A DNA stretch of 64,000 bases from Candidatus Marinacidobacterales bacterium (GCA_965237955.1 OZ250169.1:7200001-7264000), one strand, 5' to 3'. Positions 32,688-43,863 are shown, numbered from the stretch's first letter. A program made the numbers and translations. The notes: generated by a model not told the origin, from the sequence alone.

Positions 32688-32782
32688 TGGCCCTCACCTC
32701 CGGAACACGCCCTAGGTCCTTACGAAATGGTGTCGCTGCTCGGCGCTTGGCAGCATGACAAAGGTCTATCGCGCGCGCGACG
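32688..32782 (+). pseudogene. N-terminal remnant of a second Ser/Thr kinase
   Basis: MALTSGT.LGPYEMVSLLGA...VYRARD with indels. Confidence 0.6.
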
Positions 32783-33126
32783 TCGAGCCCTCATGGTCGC
32801 GGGGCGCTGGGCCGCGATTCCGGAGTTGTAAGCGGGGTGGACTGAAACCCAGAGCAGCTCACCATCCAACACGAAACCGGATCAGATCCAGCCTATCCTT
32901 GACATTCGGGCTGCGCATCGGCGATCTCGCGTTAATAGGACGGTAGGACACGTGATTCCGGCGGTGTCCAGGAAGGTCGGCGTCAAGCTGAAGAAACCGG
33001 ACACGAGTGGATCTCCCGCGCCGAAGGCTTCACAATATCTGTATATGTCCAACACCGTTAGGAGTGAGTCGAGGGCCTCTGTGCTGTCGATGGCACTTCC
33101 TTGGATGTCGGAGCTCGTCGTGCGCC

Positions 33127-34426
33127 ATGGCTGAAACAAGCTCGAGAGACAAACGCGCGCGCTGGTACTTGGAGAGGTCCGTCGACTACGGCAAGACCAT
33201 CCAGCGGGTCGTCATTCAGAACCTTCCTTTGCAAATCGGTCGCTCCGATGAGTTAGACCTCCACCTCCCCGCACCGTCTGTTTCCTATCTTCATGCCGAG
33301 CTATTTCTCGAACGCGACGTGGTGACGATTCGGGACATGAACAGCACGAATGGTACCTTCGTCAACCGGGAGCGCGTCACGGTGGCGGAGCTGCAGGCAG
33401 GGGACGTCCTCCACATCGCCGAATTCGAGTTCCGGCTGGGACGTGATCCCGTTGACCAGCAAACCAGCGTCGGCACGGCCCCAGCAATCGCAACGGTCTC
33501 GCTAGTCCCCTGTATCAGAACAAACTAGATAAAGCAGAGCTTGCCGAAACCATTCTAAGTGCATGAATCTTATGAATCTTATGGGCTGGCGAAAAGCCTA
33601 ACTTTGTATAGTAATCAAAGATCCAGGGGACTAGACCCCATCGATCTGTCTGAGAACTTCCCCGGGGGCACCCGGGAGTTGTCTGAGCTCTTGGAGAAGT
33701 CCCTCACGTTTCCCGTGTTTCAGCCCATCGTCACGCTTCCAGAAGCCCGTGTCGTGGCCTACGAAGTCATCGGACGCGGACTGCATCCGTCGCTGCCAAG
33801 GGGGCCCACGGGAGCTTCTTCGCATAGCGGAGAGCGTGGGACTCGCGGCCGAACTCAGTCGCGTTTTTCGGCGCACGGCCGTCGAGCTCGTGAAACAAGC
33901 GGACAAGAAACCTCCTCTGCTGTTTCTCAACACTCATCCCACGGAGATTGGCAAACCCGAGCTGGTTGAATCGTTGGAGCAACTCAGGCAGACAGCGCCC
34001 GATCTCGATTTCGCGCTGGAGATCCACGAGGGCAGCGTCGCGGAAACCAAGATCATAGCTGAGCTCAAGACAACCCTCGAGGAACTACGCATCGCGCTTG
34101 CTTACGACGACTTCGGATTGGGAGAGCGCTTCCTCCAGCTCGCAGACGTGGCGCCCGACTACCTCAAGTTCGACATTCGCATCGTGAAAAAGATCGTCGC
34201 GGCTGCGCCTGCCGAGAGACGCCTGTTGTCGACGCTAGTGGATGCCACCCGAGAGATGGGGAGCCTCTCCATTGCCGAGGGCGTCGAGACACAGATGGAA
34301 GCCGAAGTGTGTTGCTCGCTAGGTTTCCAATTGGCCCAAGGCTACATGTATCGCAAGCCCTTGACCCTGGACCAAATTGGCCAGGACGGTGCTCCTCTCG
34401 AGGTCATCAGCGGATCGGCCGGGTAG
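33127..34426 (+). pseudogene. FHA plus EAL-domain protein interrupted by a MITE and frameshifted near 33810
   Basis: FHA motifs IGR, SVSYLHA, DMNSTNGTFVN; EAL-domain motifs FQPIV..YEVI, LEIHE, YDDFG, YLKFD, AEGVE, AQGY. Confidence 0.85.
33502..33634. mobile_element. 129-bp MITE with CTAG at both junctions
   Basis: Ends CTAGTCCCCTGTATC and GATCCAGGGGACTAG; AT-rich interior; excision restores TVSLDPIDL in frame. Confidence 0.85.
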
Positions 34427-34656
34427 CCCGCTCTAGTGGTCTGGCAAGGCCGATGTTACGCTGAACGCGATTCTGGTGCTGCCGTCATTAAGTGTTGTTA
34501 AAACTCAGTTAAGTCTCAATAGCGCTATTGATTACGGCCGATTTTGGCACCGTTGACTCTAGCTCACGGAAAAAAGGTCATAAGCAACAAGTTCCCAAGG
34601 AGATAGGGGCGGATTAGCAACAGTAGATGGAGCAAGCACCGCTCGCGCCTTGCCAT

Positions 34657-37117
34657 TTAGCTAATCCTCTTTGTAAGACGCTCGGCACCGGAGCTCAGCT
34701 CAGCGGAGGAATGGAGCTCGGCCGGATCGAAGGCGTCGACCTGGATCGCCTCGTCGCGCGCCTCGTCCGCATCCTTCAACTTTTCGCGCTCGGCCTCGGT
34801 GATAACACCTGCCGCGAGCGCACACTCGACCTGCAGGTCACCGGGTACGCAATCGAGCAACCCCGCCCGCACCGCGTCGCGGATCTTGGTCTCGACCGCG
34901 AGGGCATCGACGGCCTTGCTGAGCGCCGCCTCCAGCCGCCCCAGACCGGGCTCCTCGGGACCCGGGATGTAAATGTCCGCAGTGAGGCGGCGGCGCACCT
35001 CATTATCCTCGAGCAGGCTCCGCGCCACGGAAGCCCCAAGGCGATCGCTCGGAGTCTTCTCGCGCTTGCCGAGAGGAAAGATCAGCGGGCGTAGGAGCCA
35101 TGCCACGGGCCGGTTGGGCAGGTTATCCAGCACTCCGGCGAGGGCGGTCTGGATGTTGTGTAGCGCGTGCTCAGCGGACCACTGGACGAACGGCACGTCG
35201 CGATCGAGCTTGCCGTCATCTGAGAACCGTTTCACTGCGGCGGACCCTAAATAGAGCCATGCCAGCGCATCGGCGAGCCGCCCGGTGATTTTTTCCCGGC
35301 GCTTGAGCTGGGCTCCCAACGTGCCCATGGCCGCGTCAGAGATCAGTGCAAAAGCGGCGCTGAACCGCGTCAGTCGCTGCAAGTAGGTCCGCACCGGTCC
35401 CCGCCCGGGAACCCGAGCCAGGTGCCCGTTCGTGAGCCCAAGCGCGAACGCCCTGACGGCGCTCTGGAACGTGAAACCGACGTGTCCGAAGAAGGCGCGG
35501 TCGAAGCGTGCCACGTTGCCCGCGGCAACCGAGGTGATCTCCTCCTGCACGTACGGGTGGCAGCGGATGGCACCCTGGCCGTAGATGATCATCGACCGTG
35601 TCAGGATGTTGGCTCCCTCCACCGTGATCCCGATGGGGACCGAGCTGTAGATACGCGCGAGGATGTTGCGAGGCCCGCGCATGATGGCGGCACCCGCACG
35701 GATGTCCATGGCGTCGTTCACGACCGTCCGCACGCCTTCGGTGAGATAGGCCTTGACGATCGCCGAGACGACCGCCGGCTGCTCTCCCGCGTCCACAGCG
35801 CTCGCGGTCAGGACGCGAGCGCCATTCATCAAATACGTGAGCCCGCCGATACGCGCCAGCGGCTCCTCGATACCCTCGAAGCGACCGATGGGCGTGTCGA
35901 ACTGCTCTCGTACCGTCGCGTAGGCGCCCACCACGCGCGTCGCCAGCTGTGCCCCTCCCACCGAGAGGGAGGGAAGGGAAATCGCACGGCCGGCAGCGAG
36001 GCTCTCCATAAGCATGCGCCACCCCTGCCCCGCCATTGCCGTCCCACCAATGATGAAGCTGAGCGGCACGAAGACGTCGCGTCCCGAGTTCGGTCCGTTA
36101 TGAAAAGGCACCCCCATTGGATCATGGCGCTTCCCGATCTCGATTCCGGGCAAGTTTGAGGGAATGAGCGCGCAGGTGATGCCGATATCCTCACGGTCTC
36201 CCAGGAGGTGGTCCGGGTCGCGCAGACGGAACGCGAGACCGACCACGGTGGAGACGGGGCCGAGGGTGATATAGCGCTTCTTCCAGTTGAGCCGCATACC
36301 GAGGACGTCCTTGCCCTCGAAGATTCCGCGGCACACGATTCCCTCGCTCTGCATGGCCGCCGCGTCACTGCCAGCCTCGGGCCCGGTGAGAGCGAAGCAT
36401 GGGATTTCCTCTCCGCGGGCAAGCCGCGGCAGGTAGTGTTTCCTCTGCTCCTCGGTACCATAGTGCAGTAGCAGCTCCGCGGGTCCGAGCGAGTTGGGGA
36501 CCATCACCGTCACCGTGGCGGCTGAGCTCCGGCTGGCGAGCTTCGTGACCACGGCAGAGTGCGCAAGCGCCGAGAAGCCCAGACCGCCGTACTCCTTCGG
36601 GATGATCATCCCGAAGAATCTCTGGCGCCCGATGAATTCCCAGACCTCGGGGGAAAGATCCCCGTCCCGAGAAACCTGCCAGTCGTCCACCTTCTCGCAG
36701 AGCTCTTCGACAGGACCGTCAAGGAACTGCCGCTCCTCGTCGGAGAGGCGCTGGATCTGGAAGTCGAGAAGTTTTTGCCAGTTGGGATTGCCGGAGAATA
36801 GCTCTCCATCCCACCAGACCGTTCCCGCTTCGAGGGCGATCCGCTCCGTGTCACCCAAACGCGGGAACATGCGAGCGGCGAGAGGTAGTAGTGCTGCCGA
36901 CACGACGGCTCGTCGCAGAAGAGGAACTCCAAACACGATGGCCACGGCCGCGAAGAGTCCGGCGGATATGAGCCAGGCGACGGGAATTGCCGGGTGTACG
37001 ACCGGCTGAAGCGAAGAGAATAGCCGCACCTACGAATACCCACGCCCAGTATCCTCGGCCGGCATAGAGCAGGGAGAGCGTGACGATGGCGACAGCCGCG
37101 ATGCCTGCGATCCACAT
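34657..37117 (-). CDS. fadE: Acyl-CoA dehydrogenase, FadE type (frameshift near 37020)
   Basis: EAGTVWWDGELFSG, VMVPNSLGPAELL, CFALTGPEAGSDA, ITVEGANILTRS. Confidence 0.93.
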
Positions 37118-37697
37118 GGTTTACCTCCTTAGGCCGTTTTTGGCCTGGCCTTTGTATGTGATCCTTTGCCGGAATTCCGCGCTTCCTCTCGACCCAACCG
37201 TCCCGGGTTTTGGCGCAAGAGCGTAGCCTCCCCTGGCACCCCGCACCATTACCGTTTCAGTGATCGTGGAACGGGTTAACACCACAAAGCCAGTGCCTGT
37301 ATCACCTCATCAACCGCTAGATTCATACTTGAAGGACAGAGTTACTCTCGCACGGTAAGCGGAAACTTTCCCTTTCTCAACGGTCACTTCCAGGGGACTC
37401 CGGCGCCACAATTCTCTCAGTGGTCACCGTGATCTCGCGGCGAATGAGGTTCGTGTAGATCGCTTGGGCGAGCTTCGCCAAACCCTGGAGATCGCCGTAA
37501 TCGCCTTCTCCTTCCTCGAAGCTCGTCTCGCCGAGAAAGCGCCTGGGGCTGCGTTTGCCGTCTTTTTTTGAACTTTTCGTCCATCCCGAGCCAGCGATGG
37601 AGTCCTGGTCCTTCCGCTATGGTCTTCCGGAGGCGGCTGAAAAAGGATCCACCTGACTCTGAAGCCGTTCGAGTTGGCGATGGTGTTGCGTATGGCC

Positions 37698-37847
37698 TTA
37701 CCGCTCCTCGACGGGCTGCACTTCTGTGGCTTCGGCCCTCTTTTCTGTACCCTCTCGCACTTCTTTGCCAAACATTTTCTGGAATCTGCGCCTCCGCTCG
37801 ACCCAACCCTCACGCTTATTCCTGTCATGAATATCTCTCGCCATCAT
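37698..37847 (-). CDS. 49-aa charged small protein, below the ORF-track cutoff
   Basis: AAGGAGG RBS; MMARDIHDRNKREGWVERRRRFQKMFGKEV...EER; downstream of a candidate ECF promoter. Confidence 0.55.
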   Translation of the reverse strand: MMARDIHDRNKREGWVERRRRFQKMFGKEVREGTEKRAEATEVQPVEER

Positions 37848-37995
37848 CTCAAAGCCTCCTTAGAAATCGGAATCGAGTGCGGTGGCCATCCCTCCCACGC
37901 GGCCGCGAAATCGGCTACGCATCGGGACTTGGGGACGAGCCACGCAAAGCAAAATATTCAATTTCGTGGCTTGCCCTTGCTAAGCCCTCGCTTCT

Positions 37996-38030
37996 CGATA
38001 GTGAGTGCACGAAGGGCATGATTTCTTACG
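37996..38030 (-). promoter_or_regulatory. Candidate ECF sigma promoter
   Basis: CGTAAGAAAT-N13-CACTCACTATCG. Confidence 0.75.
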
Positions 38031-38118
38031 CGTTGAATTGACGAAGAGCTGAGCCGTGGTCTCGCAAGGGGTTTCTGAAGAGCGCGGGCTTGAGTCCGTC
38101 CTTGGCCGGCCGCTCGAA

Positions 38119-38152
38119 TGTAATGATTCCCGCCTTGGTCGCACTCACTATC
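38119..38152 (+). promoter_or_regulatory. Candidate ECF sigma promoter
   Basis: TGTAATGATT-N13-CACTCACTATC, 43 bp before the PEGA gene. Confidence 0.7.
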
Positions 38153-38195
38153 ACGAGGGCGCACTGAGGCGCGCTCATTATGAGGAGGAATTCTG

Positions 38196-38624
38196 ATGCG
38201 AAACGCAATAAAGAGTTTGGCGTTCGTGGCAGCAATAGCTGCCGCGGCATTCATATCGTTTCCGGCCGAGGCCGATGCGCAGCACCATGGCTATGGCCAT
38301 GGTTACTACGGCCATGGCTACGGGCACGGCTATGGGAGTTACGGCCCGTATGGTTATGGGGCGAGCCGATACTCCGATAGCGGAGCCGTTCGGATCGAAG
38401 TCAACCCGAAGCCATCCCGTGAGGACATTCAAGTTTACGTGGACGAGGCGCACGCTGGCGTCGTCGACAACTTCGACGGTTTCTCTCAGAGGCTTTATCT
38501 TTCTCCGGGAAAACACGAAATCGAGATTAGGCTTGATGGATATGAGACCCTTCGGCTGGCCATTTTAGTCAGCCCCGGTAACACCTACCACATTCGTGGC
38601 GAGATGAAGCCTCTCGCCGCATGA
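38196..38624 (+). CDS. Secreted PEGA-domain protein with His/Gly/Tyr-rich N-terminus
   Basis: Signal peptide, HHGYGHGYYGHGYGHGY, VYVDEAHAGVVDNFDG, PGKHEIEIRLDGY. Confidence 0.85.
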   Translation: MRNAIKSLAFVAAIAAAAFISFPAEADAQHHGYGHGYYGHGYGHGYGSYGPYGYGASRYSDSGAVRIEVNPKPSREDIQVYVDEAHAGVVDNFDGFSQRLYLSPGKHEIEIRLDGYETLRLAILVSPGNTYHIRGEMKPLAA

Positions 38625-38724
38625 GCTTAAGGAGATCCGGGACGCATGGTACCCATCAAAACAGTACTTGCGTCCCGTTCTCTCCGCCTATCACGGCTTT
38701 GTTGGATTCAACTTACAGTAGAAG

Positions 38725-39099
38725 ATGGAGGTCGATAGGGATATATGGATCGGAAACGAGTGGAAGAGGCCTTTCTTCACCCTCCTCGGCGAGAAGTTGA
38801 GTCTCGACAACGTCGAGCATGACCTCATCCGCGAGAAGGGCAATCTGACCACCTTCCGGGAGCCTCGGATCCATTTTGCTTTGAACTGCGCCTCAAAAGG
38901 CTGCCCCGCCCTCATGAACCGACTTTATGTGGCATCCAAGCTAGATCGACAGCCACGGCTTGCCGCCAAGACTTTCCTCAGAGATCGAAGCCGCAACTAT
39001 TTGACGAATCAACGGCCACGCTTCATCTCTCACCCATCCTGGCGATCTGGTACAAGTCGTATTTCAAAAAGTTCCATACCTCAGTCTGTAACTTTGTAG
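38725..39099 (+). pseudogene. DUF547 C-terminal fragment
   Basis: SLDNVEHDLIR, EPRIHFALNCASKGCP; N-terminus missing and 3' end degraded. Confidence 0.75.
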
Positions 39100-39111
39100 C
39101 AACGTGGAATC

Positions 39112-39450
39112 ATGAGAGACACGACTGCTCGAAAAAACTCAGTCGCCCTGCTCACTCTACTGCTCCTTCTGTCCATGCATGGCGCAGCGGGCGCGGCCGA
39201 CCCGCTGCGGCTCGCACTCGGGTGGTACGACGGTTTTCACATCTGCAGTGTCATGACGAAGCCGATCCAATCCACCGTCGTCGATATTTTTGCGACGTTC
39301 GGCGTCCTAGCATTCTGGAAGGCGGAAGACGGGCTAATGTTCCGACATACGGTCCGAGGGCGACTGCTGCGACGCCGGCTGGAGGTCGACTCGGAGTACG
39401 TGCGCGAATTTCTCACAAAATTCCAGAGGCGATCGCAGCGTAAGTCATGA
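39112..39450 (+). CDS. Hypothetical protein, possibly degraded
   Basis: ORF with a signal-like N-terminus only. Confidence 0.3.
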   Translation: MRDTTARKNSVALLTLLLLLSMHGAAGAADPLRLALGWYDGFHICSVMTKPIQSTVVDIFATFGVLAFWKAEDGLMFRHTVRGRLLRRRLEVDSEYVREFLTKFQRRSQRKS

Positions 39451-39487
39451 GCCTCACTCAGATTCGACACCGGTCAAGTGGAGCGAA

Positions 39488-41626
39488 TCATCGGGTTGGA
39501 TACAACGCGAGGTGACCACCTGCTTCTCGGCAAGCGAAAGGGTCATGGCTCTTTGGAGGCACGGCAAACGTTCCGTACAAAACGTCTCCCAGAAACGGCG
39601 GATTGAAATTAAAGTCTGCGTCGGGACATTCATGATGCAGCCTATGATGCCGGTTCTGATAATCTCTTATCCAGTTCAATAGGGGAATATAGCTAATTAT
39701 CCTATCGACGAAATTGTCTTCGACATGTCCAAACCAGTGGCTTACCTCGAAGACAACGTAATGCAAAACGACACCTCCGAAAAACGCCAGAAGCAATTGA
39801 CTCGGTAGGAGAGCCTGAACGACAACGTAGTGAACTAGAAAAGCAGCGGGAAACAAATACCGGAGGTGCCCCCACCATAGTTGAAGGTTCGAGGTGGTGG
39901 CGGCTCCTGACACATGGTTTACCCGACTTTGGCGTGCTTGTCGAGCGCTTGATTCTCAGTGACCTCCGCTAACTTCGCTTCGAGGATCGGTAGCGATTGG
40001 TATCCAATGATACGACGGAAATTTTTCTCCGTGGCGAGCAGAGCCGAAGCGGCCCATCTCAGAACCATCTTGCCATTGCGCCAGCGGGTGACGCGACGGG
40101 TACGACCTCGCGCACCGCTGAAGCACGACTCGATGATGTTCGTCGATCCAAGGCAGCGTTTCAGAGATGCGGGGAGGTCGAGCTCGTTGATGGTGAACAT
40201 CTCGTCGAGCCCCTCCCGGATGCTCTCCGCCGCCGAGGGGTAGTCGTCCTCGAGCCACTTCGCCTGTTGCTCCAACCGCGCTTTGTCCTTCTTTGCTGGG
40301 AGCTGCCAGGCCGAACGCAGGCTCGCTTGCACTTGCGGCTTCAGCTCCTGCGGCAGATAACCGAGCACATTGCGCTCCTTGTGCTTCCTGCAACGCTGGA
40401 CCTTGTTGTGGGTACCGAACACAGCGTCGACGGCGACCCGTAGCGCCTTGGAGCCATCGATCACGAACAGCCGACACCGCTCTGGGCTCAGGCCTCGTTC
40501 GACCAGGTCCTCCAGCAGCGCCTTGCACACTATCTGGTTCTCCGATGCTCCATCCCGAAGCCCCAGAACATGCTTGTATCCCTCTGTATCTACGCCGATT
40601 GCCGCCAGCGCGTGGTGCTCGCCGAAGCGAATCCCGTCCAGGTACACGACCGCGATCTCCAGCTCGTCCAGCGGACGCTCCATCAGCCCCTGCAACTGCT
40701 CCGCGCTTGCTTCCACGAACTCACGGCTCACCTCGCTCTTGCTAACCCCTACCGTCTCCGCCATCTCGGGAAGAACCGACGCGTACTTGCGCGTCGACAC
40801 ACCCAGCATCAGGATTTCCCAGATGCGTTGGCTCAGCCGAGACGAGTTGTTCACCGCTTCGTAGGCAGGAATCGCAACCTCCCCTCCCTCTGCCTTTCCC
40901 TTACGCCGCAGACGTGGCCGGCTCACTCTCAACTTCCGCTCCGCAAGGCTTACTACGCCACCCTGCCGGCCGTGCCAGCGAACATCGCTACCCTTCTTCC
41001 CCGGGTGTTTCTCCCCAGCCACACTTTGGGCTGACAGATCCAAGACCGCTTCGATCGTCGCTCGGCCAGCAACGTCGATCACTTCGTCGATCGCTATCTC
41101 GGTTCGCTCAATCGCATCCAAGAACGGCAACAGAGCTTGCCCCTTCGAGCTCAGTATCTCTCGAAGCTTCTTCCTGTTCTTCGCATCGATGATTTGGTAA
41201 TTTGACATCGTGGTGGCTCCTTTCTTTTTCCTTCACAGCCGGATTCTATCGAACCCGGCCTTAGGAGCCGCCACTCCTAACCTTCAACTATCTCAGGGGC
41301 ATCTCCCAAATACCAATTCGCTGCTATATGCTTCAGGTCACTCTCTTTTTGTGTGGTGAAATTATCGCCATTGAAAATCGTGTGGTGTTCCAGATGCTTC
41401 TTCCTGATAAATGCAAAATGTTCAATACCGCCATGCATAACGACTCTGTGGTGCCATATTCGAAGAAATGCGTGTAAACAATTCCCACCAAGAACAAAAG
41501 ACCCATGTTCCACGACAAGTCTCTACTTACCAGATCATCGAGATGAAGCAAGGTGATCAAAAGAAGGGGGGTGATGGCTGCAAGCACGACGATTACGATG
41601 GGTTTGTGAAGCTTTATTCCTGCCAT
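39488..41626 (-). pseudogene. Sterol desaturase / fatty-acid hydroxylase family membrane protein split by IS256; frameshift near 41455
   Basis: His boxes HRVVMH, HLEHH, HWFGH, HHRLHH; removing the IS restores NWYLFPAAF. Confidence 0.8.
39862..41306 (-). mobile_element. IS256-family IS, 1445 bp; transposase 39919-41208
   Basis: IRs GGAG(G/A)TGCCCC...ATAGTTGAAGGTT; 8-bp TSD CAAATACC; GVSTR, YLDG, VIDG, QRC, STNIIE. Confidence 0.95.
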
Positions 41627-41775
41627 GTCAGATTCCTCCTTCCACTCTCTCGATAGTGAGTCAATGCACTCATCGGGGCCTCGGTCGATCGCTGCGGGAT
41701 GCTGGACGCCGGTTCCAGAGAGCTGAGGGGAGCTCCGTGGAGCTCCCCCCATGGTCGTGCCGCTCCGTGTGTGGC

Positions 41776-42228
41776 TCAGGACGCTCCCGCCAAAGCCTCC
41801 GTCGAGTCGAAAGCGCGATGCCTCAGAAAAGCGTAGCTCGTCCCGAGGATGGCGCCATAGACGAGATGGCCAACCAGGCTAGGAAGCATGTTGCCGGCCG
41901 CAACAAGATTCCAATTCACGCCGAGCCCCATACCCATGGAAAGTGGCATCAAGGTCAACGGCCCCAACAGCCACCAGATCCCACCGTACGCGAGACCGCG
42001 GGCCAGGCCATCAACGAGGCGTCGGATGCCTCGCCCGAGGAGCACACCGAAACCAGCACCGATGATGGCACTGTTGACCATGTGGATGAAGAAGCCGAAA
42101 ACGGCCGAGGGATGGCCCGCCATCTTCCCTATCATCGGGAGCATTCCCATCATGCCCATCATGGCACCAAAGACGGCGCCTCCGGCGAGTCCGCCGTAGA
42201 TTCCCAGTCTAATATTCCTCACGTTCAT
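41776..42228 (-). CDS. Met-rich four-TM membrane protein
   Basis: GGAGG RBS; GAVFGAMMGMMGMLPMIG, HMVNS, GPLTLMP, SLVGHLVYG. Confidence 0.75.
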   Translation of the reverse strand: MNVRNIRLGIYGGLAGGAVFGAMMGMMGMLPMIGKMAGHPSAVFGFFIHMVNSAIIGAGFGVLLGRGIRRLVDGLARGLAYGGIWWLLGPLTLMPLSMGMGLGVNWNLVAAGNMLPSLVGHLVYGAILGTSYAFLRHRAFDSTEALAGAS

Positions 42229-42370
42229 CTCTTCCTCCAGGTAATTGTTAGGGTCGAATCGAGGATGGTGAGACCGAACGCGGGCCCGCAACCGATCATC
42301 TCCATTGCGAGCCGCTTCATCGGCTACTCGCTCGAGCGTCACTTTGCGATCGGCCCGAGCATCCCAGCCT

Positions 42371-42405
42371 CGATAGTGAGTGTGGGAAGGCGGGGATTTC
42401 TTACA
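42371..42405 (-). promoter_or_regulatory. Candidate ECF sigma promoter
   Basis: TGTAAGAAAT-N13-CACTCACTATCG. Confidence 0.75.
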
Positions 42406-42474
42406 GGCGGGAGTCGCGGGGCGAGCGGTGAGAACGATGCCGGATTCCTCAGGAGCGGTGCTCGAGGATAATGC

Positions 42475-42858
42475 TCAACTCGGCGTCCGCATCGGGGACG
42501 GCGAAGCGGAAGAGGCTTTCGGGGCAGTGCTATCCAGACGGGCGAAGTTACGTAGGCTCCTGAATACGTCGACGATGCGATTAGAGGCAATCTGGTTGAG
42601 CTTGCTAATTCCTTCGAGCACTTGGAGCGTTCGGCGCAGTTCATCGTTCTCCCGGAACTCGGCGGGAGCTGCCTTCAACAGCTCTAGAAGCTTGTCCATG
42701 GCTTGGACCATCAGCTGGCCGTTCGAGTCGATCACGCCAACCGGACTGTTGATCTCGCGTGCAACCCCAGCCACAAGAGTCCCCTGGCTTGTCATCTTTC
42801 GTCCAATCGTTCCGGTCACCACCGCAACTTCGGGTTTGTTAAGTTCGTGCCTTGCCAT
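42475..42858 (-). pseudogene. Histidine kinase HisKA fragment
   Basis: GTLVAGVAREINSPVG (phospho-His replaced), RSLRNFARLD; no ATPase domain. Confidence 0.65.
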
Positions 42859-42874
42859 TACTCTTCCCTTCTCC

Positions 42875-42911
42875 CGATCGTCAGTGTAAGAAGGCGAGGA
42901 TTTCTTACACT
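42875..42911. promoter_or_regulatory. Overlapping divergent ECF promoters, one facing the sigma gene
   Basis: Minus strand TGTAAGAAAT-N13-CACTGACGATCG; plus strand TGTAAGAAGG-N13-CACT. Confidence 0.7.
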
Positions 42912-42934
42912 CCGGGTTGGCGAGGAGACGAGCC

Positions 42935-43549
42935 ATGGCAACGGCGGAGGGTTCCGACAGCATTACGGTGCAGATGGAGGATGCCAAGTTCGCCGCGCGA
43001 ATTCGGGCGGGCGAGCGTGAAGCCCTCCAAGCCGTAGTGCATGCCTACATGAGTCAGCTCCTGCGCGCCGCGCGGGGCGCGGGCTTGAGCCCCCATCGCG
43101 CCGAGGACGTGACCCAGGCCACGTTTGTGACTTTCATCGAGATCGCCCCCCGCTTCGAGGGAAGGTCCCATGTGCGCACTTTCTTGTTCGGCATCCTGTA
43201 CAAGAAGATTGCCGAGGCCCGCCGCGAACTCCAACGGAATCAACAATTTGACGCTATCGATGATGTCGTGGAACAACGGTTCAAGACCGACGGGAGCTGG
43301 CAGCGCCCACCGAGACCGATCGACCTCCAGCTCCACGATGCAGAAATTCGAGACGCGATCGACGGCTGTCTTGAGCACGTATCCACTCAGAAGAGAATGG
43401 CCTTTGTGCTTCGCGAAGTCGAAGGCCTCGCGACAGAAGAAATTTGTAAGATTCTGGAAGTGACGCGCACTAACCTAGGAGTGCTGCTATATCGTGTTCG
43501 CGACCACCTTCGGGAATGCCTGGAGGCAAAGGGTGTGAGAGAGCGTTAA
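42935..43549 (+). CDS. ECF RNA polymerase sigma factor
   Basis: AEDVTQATF, RFEGRSHVRTFLFGILYKK, FVLREVEGL..EEICKIL. Confidence 0.92.
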   Translation: MATAEGSDSITVQMEDAKFAARIRAGEREALQAVVHAYMSQLLRAARGAGLSPHRAEDVTQATFVTFIEIAPRFEGRSHVRTFLFGILYKKIAEARRELQRNQQFDAIDDVVEQRFKTDGSWQRPPRPIDLQLHDAEIRDAIDGCLEHVSTQKRMAFVLREVEGLATEEICKILEVTRTNLGVLLYRVRDHLRECLEAKGVRER

Positions 43550-43551
43550 TA

Positions 43552-43863
43552 ATGATGCTGAAATGCCGGGAGCTCACGCGCATGATTGCCAGCGACGAGC
43601 TACCCGAGGCCAGGTGGCCGGTGAGGATGGGAGGATGGCTTCACCTGCTAATGTGCCGGCACTGCCGCCGCTACGCAGCACAAATCCGCACCCTTGCCGC
43701 CGGAGCTCGGAGGTCTTGGGGACCGGAAGCCGAAGACTCAGCAAGGCTCGATCAGCTCGAGCGCAGAATCCTGGAGCGCTGTCTCGGTGAGTCGGAGAAC
43801 TCCATTTCGTCTGCCCGTGGACCGGGTACGCCTACGGATCCGGACGAGCCCCAGCGATCGTGA
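43552..43863 (+). CDS. Soluble zf-HC2 (ZAS) anti-sigma factor
   Basis: MLKCRE...HLLMCRHCRRY (HxxxCxxC), directly after the sigma gene. Confidence 0.88.
   Translation: MMLKCRELTRMIASDELPEARWPVRMGGWLHLLMCRHCRRYAAQIRTLAAGARRSWGPEAEDSARLDQLERRILERCLGESENSISSARGPGTPTDPDEPQRS

Noticed and set aside
38283-38360. Repeated GGCCATGGCTAC-like units
   Set aside because: Coding His-Gly-Tyr repeats with no spacers; not CRISPR
41727-41748. Hairpin GGGGAGCTCC-GT-GGAGCTCCCC
   Set aside because: No U-tract, so a terminator call is unsupported
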